Positions 24,001-30,140 of a stretch of DNA of 64,000 bases are shown here, one piece after another. The stretch is from the NCBI GenBank assembly GCA_958296135.2, contig CATQHZ020000001.1, positions 2,304,001 through 2,368,000 on the forward strand, read 5' to 3'. The notes beneath the pieces were generated by a model, which searched no databases, was not told the origin of the DNA, and saw only the letters and a program-made list of their open reading frames with translations. This stretch comes from an uncultured Poribacteria bacterium. Lineage in GTDB: Bacteria; Poribacteria; WGA-4E; WGA-3G. Numbering within the stretch: the first letter of the stretch is position 1; every line of letters starts with the position of its first letter. Made by a program: the position numbers and the translations under genes.

Positions 24001-27000
24001 AGGTGCATCCCAACTCAGCACCAGGCTCGTACCCAACGTGCTATGAGGGACTAACGCCAAGGAACTAACCGCCCCGGGCGGTTCATCCACGTCTGTCACC
24101 GTGATGGTAATTGTCTGTGCTGTGCTTTTTCTCCGCGCATATCTTTCGGCCCATGTTAGCCCGGACGCAATCCCCCGACTCTCTGCCACAATAACAATGC
24201 TATAGATATTGTCGCCGGCTGTCGCCGTGGGCTGTCCCGTGGTGCTCGCCGCATCTATCGGGTTTTCAAAATCGGGCGGTGGAACATTGAGATCGACGAG
24301 ATGTTGCCAAAACACCTGGCCATTTGAAAACATCTTGAACCGGGTTTTATCCGCGCCACCGTCAATCACGGGCCTTGAGCCGCTCAAAGAGCCAATCGAG
24401 TAGGTTACATAGCCATCCAAGGGGTCATCGTCTACGGCAGTAATTGTCCCAATCTTATAAGTCCTACTACTATTTTCGGGAATGGTGAAACTGGTGCCAC
24501 TCGTAAACCGTGGTGCCGTATTGACACTGATGTTCTCTTCGCCGGAGGCAGACCAGGGGCTCCAGCCTTCCGCATTGTGTGCGCGCACCTGCACCTCATA
24601 ATCGTTGTTATTCAGCACACCCGTGAGCGTCCGAGAGGTGGCAGTCCCGGTGTGTCCCGCATCGCTCCACGCATTCGGGGTGCCACTCGCGACTTTGACG
24701 CGGGACCGGACATCGTAATCGTCTATCGCCGGGCCCGTAGTGGAGGGTGCCGTCCAGGTGACATTCAGGGCCAGGGCACTGTTGACAGAACCTAAGGTTA
24801 CCGTCGGTGCAGCAGGCGTCCCGGGCGGTTCAGTCGCGTCTGTCACCGTCACGGTAATCATTTGCGAGACAGTGGCGAGGCGCGGGGCCTGCCCGCTAGT
24901 CACAGTGACTTTCACAAGATAGACGTTGTTGCTCGCCGCGTTGGCGGGTTGCGTGCTGAGCAGGTCCGCGGCGTTCTCGTAATCGGGTCCCATAGTGAAC
25001 GAGAGCGCGCCGGTGGTGCTATTCAGCGTAAACTGCGCCGCATCTACACCGCCCGTTATCGTATAACGGAACTGCGTATCTGTCGCATCTGCATCGGTGG
25101 CTGTCAGCGTGAGAAACGATGTCGTCGTATGCTCCGCAACGGTAGCGGTAGCCGCACTGCTGAACACCGGCGGGGTGTTGATGGTAACGCTGCCCCAGTT
25201 AGACCAGGGGCTATCGCCTTCGGGACTTTTCGCTTTGACCCGGAATTGATAGTTCGGATTCCCGTTGGGCCGCGTAAACACCAGCGAGGTGCCGGCCCCA
25301 GTGAAAGTCACATCGGTGCCGACACCCGCGAAGGGGAGCACGGCGGTATCTCGGTACTGCACATCGTAGTCGTTTATCGCCGGGCCGGTGTTGGTAGGCG
25401 CGCGCCAACTCACCCCCAGTCTATTTCGCGCGTTCGTATCCACCTGAGCCAGCACTACCACCGCGGGCGCGGCAGGGGTGCCGGGCGTTTCCGCTACGTC
25501 CGTGACAGTGATAGTTAGCTCGGCTTCGGTGTTCGCCTGCCGTACGCCGAAAAGCGGAACGCCGGGGAAGCCGGGGATTGACAGCGGTACGCGGCTCGTG
25601 GCAGTGACTTTGACGAGGTAGGCGTTATCCGCCGCAACGCTGGTTGATGGCACCAGTATGTCAAGCGGATCTTCATAGTTGGGCTGCTGTCGGAAAGACA
25701 GCGCGCCAGAAGTGGTATTAATTTGGAAGCGGGCGGCATCCCCGAACGTCGTGCTCAACGCGTAACCAACGACTTTATCCTCAGGATCCGCATCGGTTGC
25801 AGTCACATTAAGAGACGGCGTGCTGTTCTCCGGGTTCGAGAACGAACTTACGGAAAATACGGGCGACACCCCCGGTCCGTTCGTTACCAATAAAATCCGG
25901 TCCGAAACCGTACCCTCCTCCTTATTCCACGGCGTTAACTCCAGCATAAAGATGCCTCTCCGCGGCAGCACAATCCGTGCCGTTAGTTCCGGTGCGGAAG
26001 AACGATTATACAGCCAGAAATTCCTATCACGTCTACTGACAATGTAACTGTGACTCTGCGCCGGCGAGTCAATCACGCCTGTGTGAGATACCTCCCGTAC
26101 CACCGCTTTATAATACGATGGCGCGTCCTCTTGTGTACTAAGAAGCGGTTGGTTCCACTTGAACGTCACCGTGCGGCCCGATTCACCCGCCCCAGAACCA
26201 ACCGCGGTCTGCCGGAGGTTAATCGGTTTCTGTGGTGCTGAATCGAAATCGTTGGTAACGGTGACACCCATCTCATGCGTTGAGGTATGCAGATTGCCAT
26301 CTCTGTCTGTCACCGTAGCGGTGATTTGCAACAAATAGACATTGTCTGTCGCTGCACTGATAAGCTCGGAACCGGTTCCAACAATGCGTGTGTCAGTTGG
26401 ATTCTCGTAGTCAGGGGCAGTCAGGAATAGGAGTGTGCCGCGGCTGTGGGCACCGCTCGGACTGTTCAAGATAGAAAACTTGGGGCCATCGCCCCAGGTT
26501 CTTGTGATGCCGAGGATTATTGTGCGGCCATTGCCGTGTCCTGCCGGGTTCGCGAGATCGTAGATATCGGCATTGCTGCCGCTCATTCGGAATTCTGTCA
26601 CGCGAGTCTGATTTTCGCGAACCCAGACAGCAATAGGCACAGTGTTCCGGAAAACTGGGGGTTGCCTATCCACATCTTTTATTACATTGACAGGTATTGA
26701 GAGATAGGACGGATGTGTTGCGCCTTGGGCATCGGTAATCGTGGCGCGGATACCCAGCCAATATTGGTTGTCCCGGTCGTGAGACCTAAGTCTCCTGGGC
26801 CCTTGTGGACGCCCAAGCGTGGGCAACCAGGGGTTCGTCAGGGATTCGTACGCTCTGTAAATAAGGCGTCTGTCGGTTGGATTCTCGTAGTCGGGGGGAG
26901 TCTTGAACAGGATTGCGCCGCGCCCGTGTACACTTGTTGAGGTGTTCAAAACCTTAAAGTGGGAGTTATCGCCCCATTGGCCCGTCCTAACGTTAGAATA

Positions 27001-27540
27001 CCAGTCGTGATACGTAGAACTCACTATCTCAAAGGTGATGTTCGATCCATCTCCTGTCGGATTTAGTGGGTCGTAGAGATGGCCCCCAACGCCCGTGGTC
27101 AGCTGCATCACGAATACATTATCTTCGTGGACTGTGGCAGTGGTTGGCGTGGTGTTCCGGAAAACTGGGGCCGGTGAAACACCTGATTGATACCATCCCG
27201 TCGCTCCTTGCGCGAAAGCGTTGTGCGGCAATGCAAGTAGTGTGCAGGCGAGCGCGAACGCGAATAGCCACGCGAGCGGTGCGCAGCGGCGAGAACGGGG
27301 CTTTTTCCGAGGCCAGCGTGTGCCTATTTCAACGGCTCGTCGTGCTTGGGCATCGGAGGTTAACAGCCGTATAGTAAGGGGGGGGTGATTCCCCGATCGG
27401 TGTAATGCATAGTTATCTGAACGCGAGAACACGAGTGGCTCGCACACGTCGTTTTGTGTGTGCAAGCTTTGCTGCGGGTTGAGAGCATTGGTGCAGCGCG
27501 CGTTTTCAGCGGCGTTGCTGAGGTAATCAGAGTTCTTCAC
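9058..27540 (-). CDS. Giant secreted/surface protein (~6160 aa): ~25 cadherin-like and ~22 FN3 modules, 2 LTDs, dockerin, T9SS-CTD/FlgD-like C-terminal domain
   Basis: Recurrent PDYENP (cadherin-like) and WxAP...YDVQYR...VQVRA.N.EG...WS (FN3); DVNGDG dockerin pair; LLPNYPNPFNPETWIPY...YWDGRN. Likely GTG start at 27540 after GGAGG (ORF track gives 27579). Module counts are by eye. Confidence 0.9.
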   Translation of the reverse strand: MKNSDYLSNAAENARCTNALNPQQSLHTQNDVCEPLVFSRSDNYALHRSGNHPPLTIRLLTSDAQARRAVEIGTRWPRKKPRSRRCAPLAWLFAFALACTLLALPHNAFAQGATGWYQSGVSPAPVFRNTTPTTATVHEDNVFVMQLTTGVGGHLYDPLNPTGDGSNITFEIVSSTYHDWYSNVRTGQWGDNSHFKVLNTSTSVHGRGAILFKTPPDYENPTDRRLIYRAYESLTNPWLPTLGRPQGPRRLRSHDRDNQYWLGIRATITDAQGATHPSYLSIPVNVIKDVDRQPPVFRNTVPIAVWVRENQTRVTEFRMSGSNADIYDLANPAGHGNGRTIILGITRTWGDGPKFSILNSPSGAHSRGTLLFLTAPDYENPTDTRIVGTGSELISAATDNVYLLQITATVTDRDGNLHTSTHEMGVTVTNDFDSAPQKPINLRQTAVGSGAGESGRTVTFKWNQPLLSTQEDAPSYYKAVVREVSHTGVIDSPAQSHSYIVSRRDRNFWLYNRSSAPELTARIVLPRRGIFMLELTPWNKEEGTVSDRILLVTNGPGVSPVFSVSSFSNPENSTPSLNVTATDADPEDKVVGYALSTTFGDAARFQINTTSGALSFRQQPNYEDPLDILVPSTSVAADNAYLVKVTATSRVPLSIPGFPGVPLFGVRQANTEAELTITVTDVAETPGTPAAPAVVVLAQVDTNARNRLGVSWRAPTNTGPAINDYDVQYRDTAVLPFAGVGTDVTFTGAGTSLVFTRPNGNPNYQFRVKAKSPEGDSPWSNWGSVTINTPPVFSSAATATVAEHTTTSFLTLTATDADATDTQFRYTITGGVDAAQFTLNSTTGALSFTMGPDYENAADLLSTQPANAASNNVYLVKVTVTSGQAPRLATVSQMITVTVTDATEPPGTPAAPTVTLGSVNSALALNVTWTAPSTTGPAIDDYDVRSRVKVASGTPNAWSDAGHTGTATSRTLTGVLNNNDYEVQVRAHNAEGWSPWSASGEENISVNTAPRFTSGTSFTIPENSSRTYKIGTITAVDDDPLDGYVTYSIGSLSGSRPVIDGGADKTRFKMFSNGQVFWQHLVDLNVPPPDFENPIDAASTTGQPTATAGDNIYSIVIVAESRGIASGLTWAERYARRKSTAQTITITVTDVDEPPGAVSSLALVPHSTLGTSLVLSWDAPITTGKPPITGYDVQYRKHGTTDAWGDAGHTGTGATLTLNNLAKSIRYEAQVRAKNHEGTGPWASTTGEANAPPAFTPTSFTVAENQYSVGTFTATDSDSQDTYFDYALQGADRLKFLIDGQGRLETRTTRGWNYENPASTAGTNTYTLTVVVSSSNGPNHAIYTERLRSTSQTVTVTVTDVAEPPNKPRQPTVSAVAASNSKLDVSWRAPYNLGPAIKYYNLRYRKGTTGSFTELNANILAGTTTRQLTGLLANSSYEVQVRAVNGEGIGPWSDSGTGRTNASGAGPLAAVNNVPRFTSTASFSIVENTTAVGTVTAVDADALDNVTGYTLSGADASKFQITTGGALTFKTAPDYETPGSTDSENLYVVTVTASSGTGDRVRTASQVVSVTVTDVPPSAPPAPPTVVPASGTSLAVTWLAPSTTAGYPVTDYDVEYSGNDGTWIDVPHTGTSRSTTISSLSANINYAVQVRATSSEGTSIWSAYSSGVTNVPPAVTVESLYTVVENSPPTTTIATFTGTDLDRLDGTPTLELDGGDERRFSLAPSGALTFTAAPNFERPTDVLNSSPADPADHSARRDNDYSLRLKVTSGTGARLQSAYSPWFIVRVTNVPPPEKPAAPSVTAATASPTQLTVTWTAPSTTSGYPITDYDVQYRSGTSGSYTRATHIGTSRTKVLANLGGGTSYQARVRARNSEGVSSWSDATTQSTAANAAPTFSTTAFSVNEGVSAVGTVVATDADAGDTVTSYEISGGADSAKFSIVETGTDAGKLTFVSLPDYENPADVAHSLPAPADGAANNVYIVYISATSGTGEREDNTWQRIAVTVTDVNERPVLAPITLSAVPENTTAVVTVSATDPDKTSSNAARDAITYSLSGVDSGQFDITSPGGVLTFRTAPDYENPGDVVSTSPTNAATDNEYVVVVTATSAAGTARALSAQARTLIVEVSDANEPPSAPPAVSVTPVTGYSDKLDVAWTAPSNTGKPAIAHYHVRYGVDGTSVSFTEKTGTADELAADATLTTRLTGLSASTKYAVQVRADNAEGEGTWSTSGKGTTNADSVLKPPFRTVTSDYSVAENTTAVTTVEATDTTGATVTYSIPDTDAEGGVDRAKFSITASGGVLTFAAAPDYENPTDVESTTPANAAGNNEYIVTVKATARNRGSSTRTLTVTVTDVTEKPGKPTAPTVTAASATPAQLSVAWAEPTNTGPAITDYDVHYRTGAPVGTWQDASVTGTTRTTTLTGLTQGTAYEVRVRATSNEGTGPWSDEGDGTTAVNVAPSFSTTTFSLAENTTAVGTVSATDSDAGDSVTRYQISGGADSSKFTITETGTNIGKLVFAAAPDFEATASAAGSNVYKVQITVTSGAGARVAETARLFTISVTDATEPPIAPAAPTVSGVSATPTSLGVSWSAPLNTGKPAISGYKLQYRQGNTGNFTLAAGTVTGTSTTLRGLTKGTAYQVRVRARNAEGDSPWSAAGSGSTAVNAVPSFSTTTFSIAENETAVGTVSATDSDASDSITRYQISGGADSSKFTITETGTNKGKLAFRAAPDFEATASAAGNNTYKVALTATSGTGARVLTGTAQTFTITVTDATEPPIAPAAPTVSGVSATPTSLGVSWSAPLNTGKPAISGYKLRYRQGNTGNFAPVTGTFTGTSTTLTGLTKATAYQVQVRARNAEGDSPWSAAGSGSTAVNAVPSFSTTTFSLAENETAVGTVSATDSDTGDSITRYRISGGADSSKFTITETGANKGKLVFAAAPDFEATASSAGSNVYKVQITVTSGAGARVAETARLFTITVTDASEPPIAPAAPTVSGVSATPTSLGVSWSAPLNTGKPAISGYKLQYRQGSTGTFTLAAGTVTGTSTTLRGLTKGTAYQVRVRARNAEGDSPWSATGSGSTAVNAVPSFSTTTFSIVENATAVGTVSATDSDASDSITRYRISGGADNLKFSITETGANIGKLAFRAAPDYEATASAAGNNTYKVEVTATSGTGARAAQKAQVLTVTVTNATEKPLVPTGLKITATALTTLTAGWSAPNNAGRPALSGYDVQYRQGNSGGWTAAAHTGVGTSVMLSSLTQNTGYQVRVLAKNADGLSAWTPAVTGTTAADNAPSFTSSTSFSLNENTTAVGTVVATDADAGDSITGYQVTGGADSAKFSVTNTGALSFKAAPDYENPADAAHTTPAPADAARNNVYIVEVSATGGADLRRLSTAQRIAVTVADVNEPPSAPTVTGVTAVTGYSDKLDVTWTAPSNTGKPAIAHYHVRYGVDGTPVSFTGTVDEIAASSLTTRLTGLSASTAYVVQVRADNDEGDGAWSGSSTGRTNADSVLRPQFDGTDTYSVAENTTAVTTVTARDATNADVTYSIPTTDAEGGVDRAKFSITTGGVLTFATAPNYENPTDVVSTTPANAAGNNEYIVKVKATARNRGSSTRTLTVTVTDVNEGPVLSPITLSAVPENTTAVATVSATDPDKTSSNAARDAITYSLSGVDSGQFDITSPGGVLTFRTAPDYENPGDVVSTSPTNAATDNEYVVVVTATSAAGTARALSAQARTLIVEVSDANEPPSAPPAVSVTAVTGYSDKLDVTWTAPSNTGKPAIAHYHVRYGVDGTPVSFTGTVDELAADATLTTRLTGLSPSTAYAVQVRADNDEGDGAWSGSGTGTTNDASALLPRFGETDATYSVAENETAVTTVTARDATNADVTFSIPGTDAEGGVDRAKFSITASGGVLTFAAAPDYENPTDVESTTPANAAGNNEYIVKVKATASGRGNSTRTLTVTVTDVTEKPGKPDAPTVTAVSAKPTELSVTWTAPTNTGPAITDYDVHYRTKGPPAGEWQDASFTGATRTTTLTGLTQGTAYEVRVSATSTEGTGPWSDEGDGTTAVNVAPSFSTTTFSVAENTTAVSTVSATDSDAGDSVTRYRISGGADSSKFTITETGTNIGKLVFAAAPDFEATASAAGTNVYKVQITVTSGAGARVAETARLFTITVTDADEPPSAPGQPMVTAVTGYVDRLKVTWTAPPSDPSKPAIDDYDVQYRKSSTNPVVWQSWTHTGTGTSTTLTGLSPSTEYTVQVRANNAEGESTWSGSGTGTTNDASALLPRFGETDTTYSVAENTTAVTTVTARDATNADVTFSIPGTDAEGGVDRAKFSITTGGVLTFAAAPNYENPTDVESTTPANAAGNNEYIVKVKATASGRGSSTRTLTVTVTDVTEKPGKPDAPTVSGVSATPTQLSVTWTAPTNTGPAISGYKLQYRQGSTGNFTLAAGTVTGTSTTLRGLTKGTAYQVQVRASNAEGTGPWSDSGSGSTATNADVVFASTGTGTGSVDENSAITTNILTLNATDADAGDSISYAVSGGVDAGAFTIAGTNKLRFTTSPNHESPTDVQSTSPANAAANNEYIVVVKATSGSGERESTAKQTLTISVNDVDEPPDAPTAPSVSGATLTTLKVTWTAPSNSGKPAIDDYDVQYGKSGTTPIAWQAQTHTGTSTTTTLTGLDTGTTYQVQVRARNDEGDSPWSASGTGMTAVNNGPAFTTSTRQTIVENDTAIVTLAATDTDPSDAIIGYEIVGGVDEALFELDTSNQLLFKNAPNYEAPGDAASTEPTNAANNNEYLVVVKVTSGENVRALSTRQTFTITVTDEDGEAPGKPDAPTVSESTLTTLKVAWTAPANKGPAISDYDVQYRTGTGSFTDANYAGTGTSTTLTGLATGTTYQVQVRAKNAEGTSPWSASGEGTTINNNGPDFSSIQEEQLVPENKRAVVPLVATDPDPSDTTVTYAVSGGTDRNLFEIESSTNVLRFKTAPDYENPADEGRDNEYIVEVMATSGANERALSKSMELSVEVSDVGPPGQPAMPTVSPVAGSGTRLSVTWTAPVELGPAITDYDVQYREGDTGSYRDAGHNGIDTSLTLTGLKVNTEYQAQVRAKNIEGYGFWSPLGKGTTNLIADPSEDANAPPRFISKAQPSVRENTMQVVTLVAVDDDEGDKIMGYQISGGVDAAVFTLKNGNELRFKKAPDYENPGDAESSEPANAARNNESVIEVMATSGTGERAKTVKQMLTVSITDVSGPERPAKPKVSSVAGSTTKLRVKWRAPESAGLPVSDYDVQYRATGASSWTNAKYDGTGTSTDLTGLKAKETYHVQVRARNAEGKSPWSPNGTGSPSSSPVSDEPPDTDEDEDEDGELPPDGAPAVPAIIAHKTVIINEIGNRSDDTYDWLELFNLSYEDINLKDWSISIVDKAVVHDIARDALESGDGSAHDRQFVHFETDITIPARGYLLLMQTDPMRDGHPLAGGIAPAIPIDKLLPGQTAVTVGRPSSQCYVDAGLALPDGDFLLILRDSATAEGTAENLRDIAGNYYKAAMIEAEPTLMWPLVLDVQDYSNFNFHSEEVWARANTQIDGFCENAFVQAPYTGIGYDRAVAPTDAGGKHSGTPGYANDALKTTAAALENPTSVSISEVMFAPGTVARGAVPRDAAAGALPQWIEVFNSSESEAVSLENWRLEIRNDAAKNVDARRNATLVFTKGLIIAPRQTVLLVSSAARPIKPRAVGRGLVSSEPWPMSGHLPETSVYSLYDEAAAPLGMASRADKVLSATGFSLTLKDREEQVVDVVGNFDSTQRKNAWALPPVQTRAGARVSLLRRYIDGAALDGQKSKAWLAADETHLAAQRDGEGLFYGAPSDLGTPGYRGSMLSRFEITATGAGVVLTWETTAEAATTAGFNVLRCETRDGVFGSCNDTLIPGAGTTSQPQTYTFTDAKVDAGVPYWYRLTEASFDGVEQTLATLQLSFEAADVNGDGEVNIKDLVFAAGGNGQPVQRAKKQNPDVNGDGVVNPQDVQAVLGALEAKAGAAPVHPTLTASRLQPWIDKAKQLNLPDATFQRGIRELERLAAALAIPKETALLPNYPNPFNPETWIPYDLAEAASVSLTFYDVRGRVVRTLSLGHRPAGGFRTKARAAYWDGRNEQGERVASGVYFYTFTAGDFTATGKLVVRK

Positions 27541-27552
27541 GTTTGCCTCCGT

Positions 27553-27771
27553 ATTGATTAATTCCACTTTTGCGTCCATTTTAACACATTTCGCGCGTTT
27601 TCTTCAAGAAAATCGCGCATTCGGCATTGATTAATTCCACCTTTGCGTCCATTTTAACACATTTCGCGCGTTTTCTTCAAGAAAATCGCGCATTCGGCAT
27701 TGATTAATTCCACCTTTGCGTCCATTTTAGCACATTTCGCGCGTTTTCTTCAAGAAAATCGCGCATTCGGC
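27553..27771 (-). repeat. 3 x 73-bp tandem repeat, each containing a promoter-like element
   Basis: Units start at 27553, 27626, 27699; minus strand TTGAAG-18-TAAAAT with TGn extended -10. Confidence 0.9.
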
Positions 27772-27795
27772 GCGTTTTTTGCGGCAATTGTTTAT

Positions 27796-27824
27796 ATTGT
27801 GCCATATTTAACGTTTTTTGTCAA
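27796..27824 (-). promoter_or_regulatory. sigma70-like promoter upstream of giant protein
   Basis: TTGACA-17-CACAAT on minus strand. Confidence 0.45.
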
Positions 27825-27914
27825 GAAAAAGTTTAAAAAAAATGATAAAAAATAAAATCGCTCGCGAATCGGCAGGCTCGACCGCCCAGAAAACGGCACT
27901 ACCGCTACCAAAAC

Positions 27915-27990
27915 TATCGCGGGGGACAGGCCCCCGCACTACGGCGAAGGGAAGCTATCGCGGCGGACAGGCCTCCGCGCTACGGGGAAA
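27915..27990. repeat. Two REP-like copies
   Basis: gcgggggacaggcccccgcactacgg; gcggcggacaggcctccgcgctacgg. Confidence 0.75.
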
Positions 27991-28023
27991 TACGGGGGTT
28001 GGTCGCCGGCGCGGGCGGCTGTA

Positions 28024-28605
28024 TCACTCCCCGTGAACGGAACTGGGCTGGTTTGGTGCATCTCTTTCCGGGATGATTTGTGCTTTGAGGCGTTCATTCT
28101 CGGCGCGCAACGCCGCATTCTCCTCCCGCTGCGCCGTTAACTCCTCGGAACGCCGCATCCATTCATCAACGATGATGTCGGTGCGTTCTAACAACCGCCC
28201 CATCGTGCGCTGCATTGTATACAACTGATACGAGAGAAACCCAAGCGCACCGGCAGACAACCCTATCCACCAATACAGCGTCCTCCGCGATGTCTTCACT
28301 TCCTCTTTCACCGCGTGCATCTCGGTTGTCATTGTCTTCTCCAAGGCCTCGATTTTGGTAGCCGTTGTTTCCCGCAAGGCCTCGATTTTGGTAGCCGTTG
28401 TTTCCCGCAAGGCCTTGATTTCGGCGGTGGTTGCTCTTTCCGCTGCCTCGAATCTGGCATCAACGTATGCCTTGAGCCGTGCCTCCGTTTTCGCATTGGA
28501 AGTCTCCACAATCTCGCGAATCTGTTCCAAATCCGCACCGGTGAGCGCGCCAAACGCCGGGGCTGTCAACAACACTGCTGCAAACAAACACATTATGATT
28601 CTCAT
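28024..28605 (-). CDS. Membrane-anchored coiled-coil protein (signal peptide, 11-residue repeats, TM helix, coiled-coil tail)
   Basis: ATKIEALRETT repeats (33-bp DNA repeats 28342-28421); hydrophobic WWIGLSAGALGFLSY; AAGGAG SD. Confidence 0.75.
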   Translation of the reverse strand: MRIIMCLFAAVLLTAPAFGALTGADLEQIREIVETSNAKTEARLKAYVDARFEAAERATTAEIKALRETTATKIEALRETTATKIEALEKTMTTEMHAVKEEVKTSRRTLYWWIGLSAGALGFLSYQLYTMQRTMGRLLERTDIIVDEWMRRSEELTAQREENAALRAENERLKAQIIPERDAPNQPSSVHGE

Positions 28606-28944
28606 GTCTCAATATCTCCTTTCATTCCACGCAAGGTTTTAGCAACCCTTGTCAACCTCACTGAACTGAACCGGTGCCACATCGCTGAATCGCAGACGGG
28701 GATGCACAGCCCTCAGGACTGCGATGGCACCTTCCTCGTCTGGACAGGCGCACCGCTCTCGGTGACGCTGCGCGGTTCAAGGCGTGCGTTTTCTGCTCGT
28801 TGGCGCGGTTTCCAACCGCGCAATGCGCACGGCCTCATATTTCCAAAGCCCCGCAGTCTTACCAAAAACACCGCGAATGTCGCGCGCGGTATTTATATTT
28901 TGCCATACTTCCAGCGGATTGTCAAGGAAATTATCAGTGAACGG

Positions 28945-29175
28945 CCGCGGGGAACAGTGGACATCTCTGCTTGGAAGGGCGTGACGGCCCCCGCGCCACG
29001 GGACAAGGAGGAAATCGGCGCGCGAACCTTAGGGCGAGGACCTGTCCCTCGCCGGGATAGACATCGCGCCGCGCACCGTAGGGCGAGGGCCTGTCCCTCG
29101 CCATGCATCGACCCGCCCAGAAAACGAAGAAACCGCGTCTCACCGTAGCGCGAGGGCCTGTCCCTCGCGGAGCTT
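28945..29175. repeat. REP cluster
   Basis: gtagggcgagggcctgtccctcgcc, gtagcgcgagggcctgtccctcgcg and a REP with a shortened loop insert. Confidence 0.8.
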
Positions 29176-29197
29176 GACCGCACAGAAGGCGGCTGTA

Positions 29198-29833
29198 TCA
29201 CTCCCCGTGAACGGAACTGGGCTGGGCTGGTGCATCTCTTTCCGGGATGATTTGTGCTTTGAGGCTTTCGTTCTCGGCGCGCAAGGCCGCATTTTCCTCT
29301 TGCTGCGCCGCCACCTGTTCCTGCAACGCCGTAACTTTTTCGCGGTTCTTCTGCTGATCGCCCAACCACTTCGCGAACCCCCAACCGAGCAGGGCTAGCA
29401 GTGCTGTCACTAGCAACCCGGCAACCCAGGTCAGCGTATTGGCCTGCCGTGACACTTGCTCGCGCAGATCGGTTATCCGAGCACCCTGGCCGCGAACCTC
29501 GCCCTTCAGTTCACTGACCTCCAGTTTCAAGGCGAAGAGCTCCTTCTTCACGACAGCGAATTCCTCCTTCACAGCGGCGACTTCCTCTTTCACGGCGGCG
29601 ACTTCCACCTTCACGGCGGCGACTTCCACCTTCACGGCGGTGAATTCCACCTTCACAGCAGCGACTTCCTTCTTCACGGAGGCGAGTTCCTCTGTCACTT
29701 TGAGGAGTTCCGCGGTTATCCGCGCTTCGGACGCGGTGACGATTCGCTCGATCGCTTGCAGTTCTTCATCACCGAAAGCCGGCGATGCAACAAGCACCAC
29801 TACAAATACAAACAAACACACAACGGTGTTCAT
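29198..29833 (-). CDS. Membrane-anchored coiled-coil protein paralogue (7-residue repeats)
   Basis: VAAVKVE/VAAVKEE heptads (21-bp repeats), TM WVAGLLVTALLALLGW, C-terminus nearly identical to 28024..28605. Confidence 0.75.
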   Translation of the reverse strand: MNTVVCLFVFVVVLVASPAFGDEELQAIERIVTASEARITAELLKVTEELASVKKEVAAVKVEFTAVKVEVAAVKVEVAAVKEEVAAVKEEFAVVKKELFALKLEVSELKGEVRGQGARITDLREQVSRQANTLTWVAGLLVTALLALLGWGFAKWLGDQQKNREKVTALQEQVAAQQEENAALRAENESLKAQIIPERDAPAQPSSVHGE

Positions 29834-30140
29834 GTTTAATGTCTCCTTTCGTTGGGCGCGGTTTCCAACCGCGGAATGCGCACGGCCTCATATTTCCAAA
29901 GTCTCGAAGTTTTGCTTTTCTTGTGTTAACGATATTATTTTACTATATGTGATGTATTTTGTCAAGGAGGAAATCGCCCTACGGTGGCCGATGCCAAATG
30001 GAAGAAGGAGGTTTTCTTTGGTGCTCATTGTTCATCCAAAAACTGAATAGCTCTGGCTTGTCCCCACAATTCTCTTGATTTTATTCTGGCAAATGGATAT
30101 AATACTTAAAGGAAAAATACCGCAACAAGGAGCCACCCTG

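Noticed and set aside
27541-27579. ATG 27579 as start of the giant protein
   Set aside because: It overlaps the putative -10 box and has no SD; GGAGG-GTG at 27540 fits better.
27553-27771. CRISPR array at the 73-bp repeats (also considered for 62967-63101 and 3756-4055)
   Set aside because: Units are contiguous with no unique spacers; no cas genes in the window.
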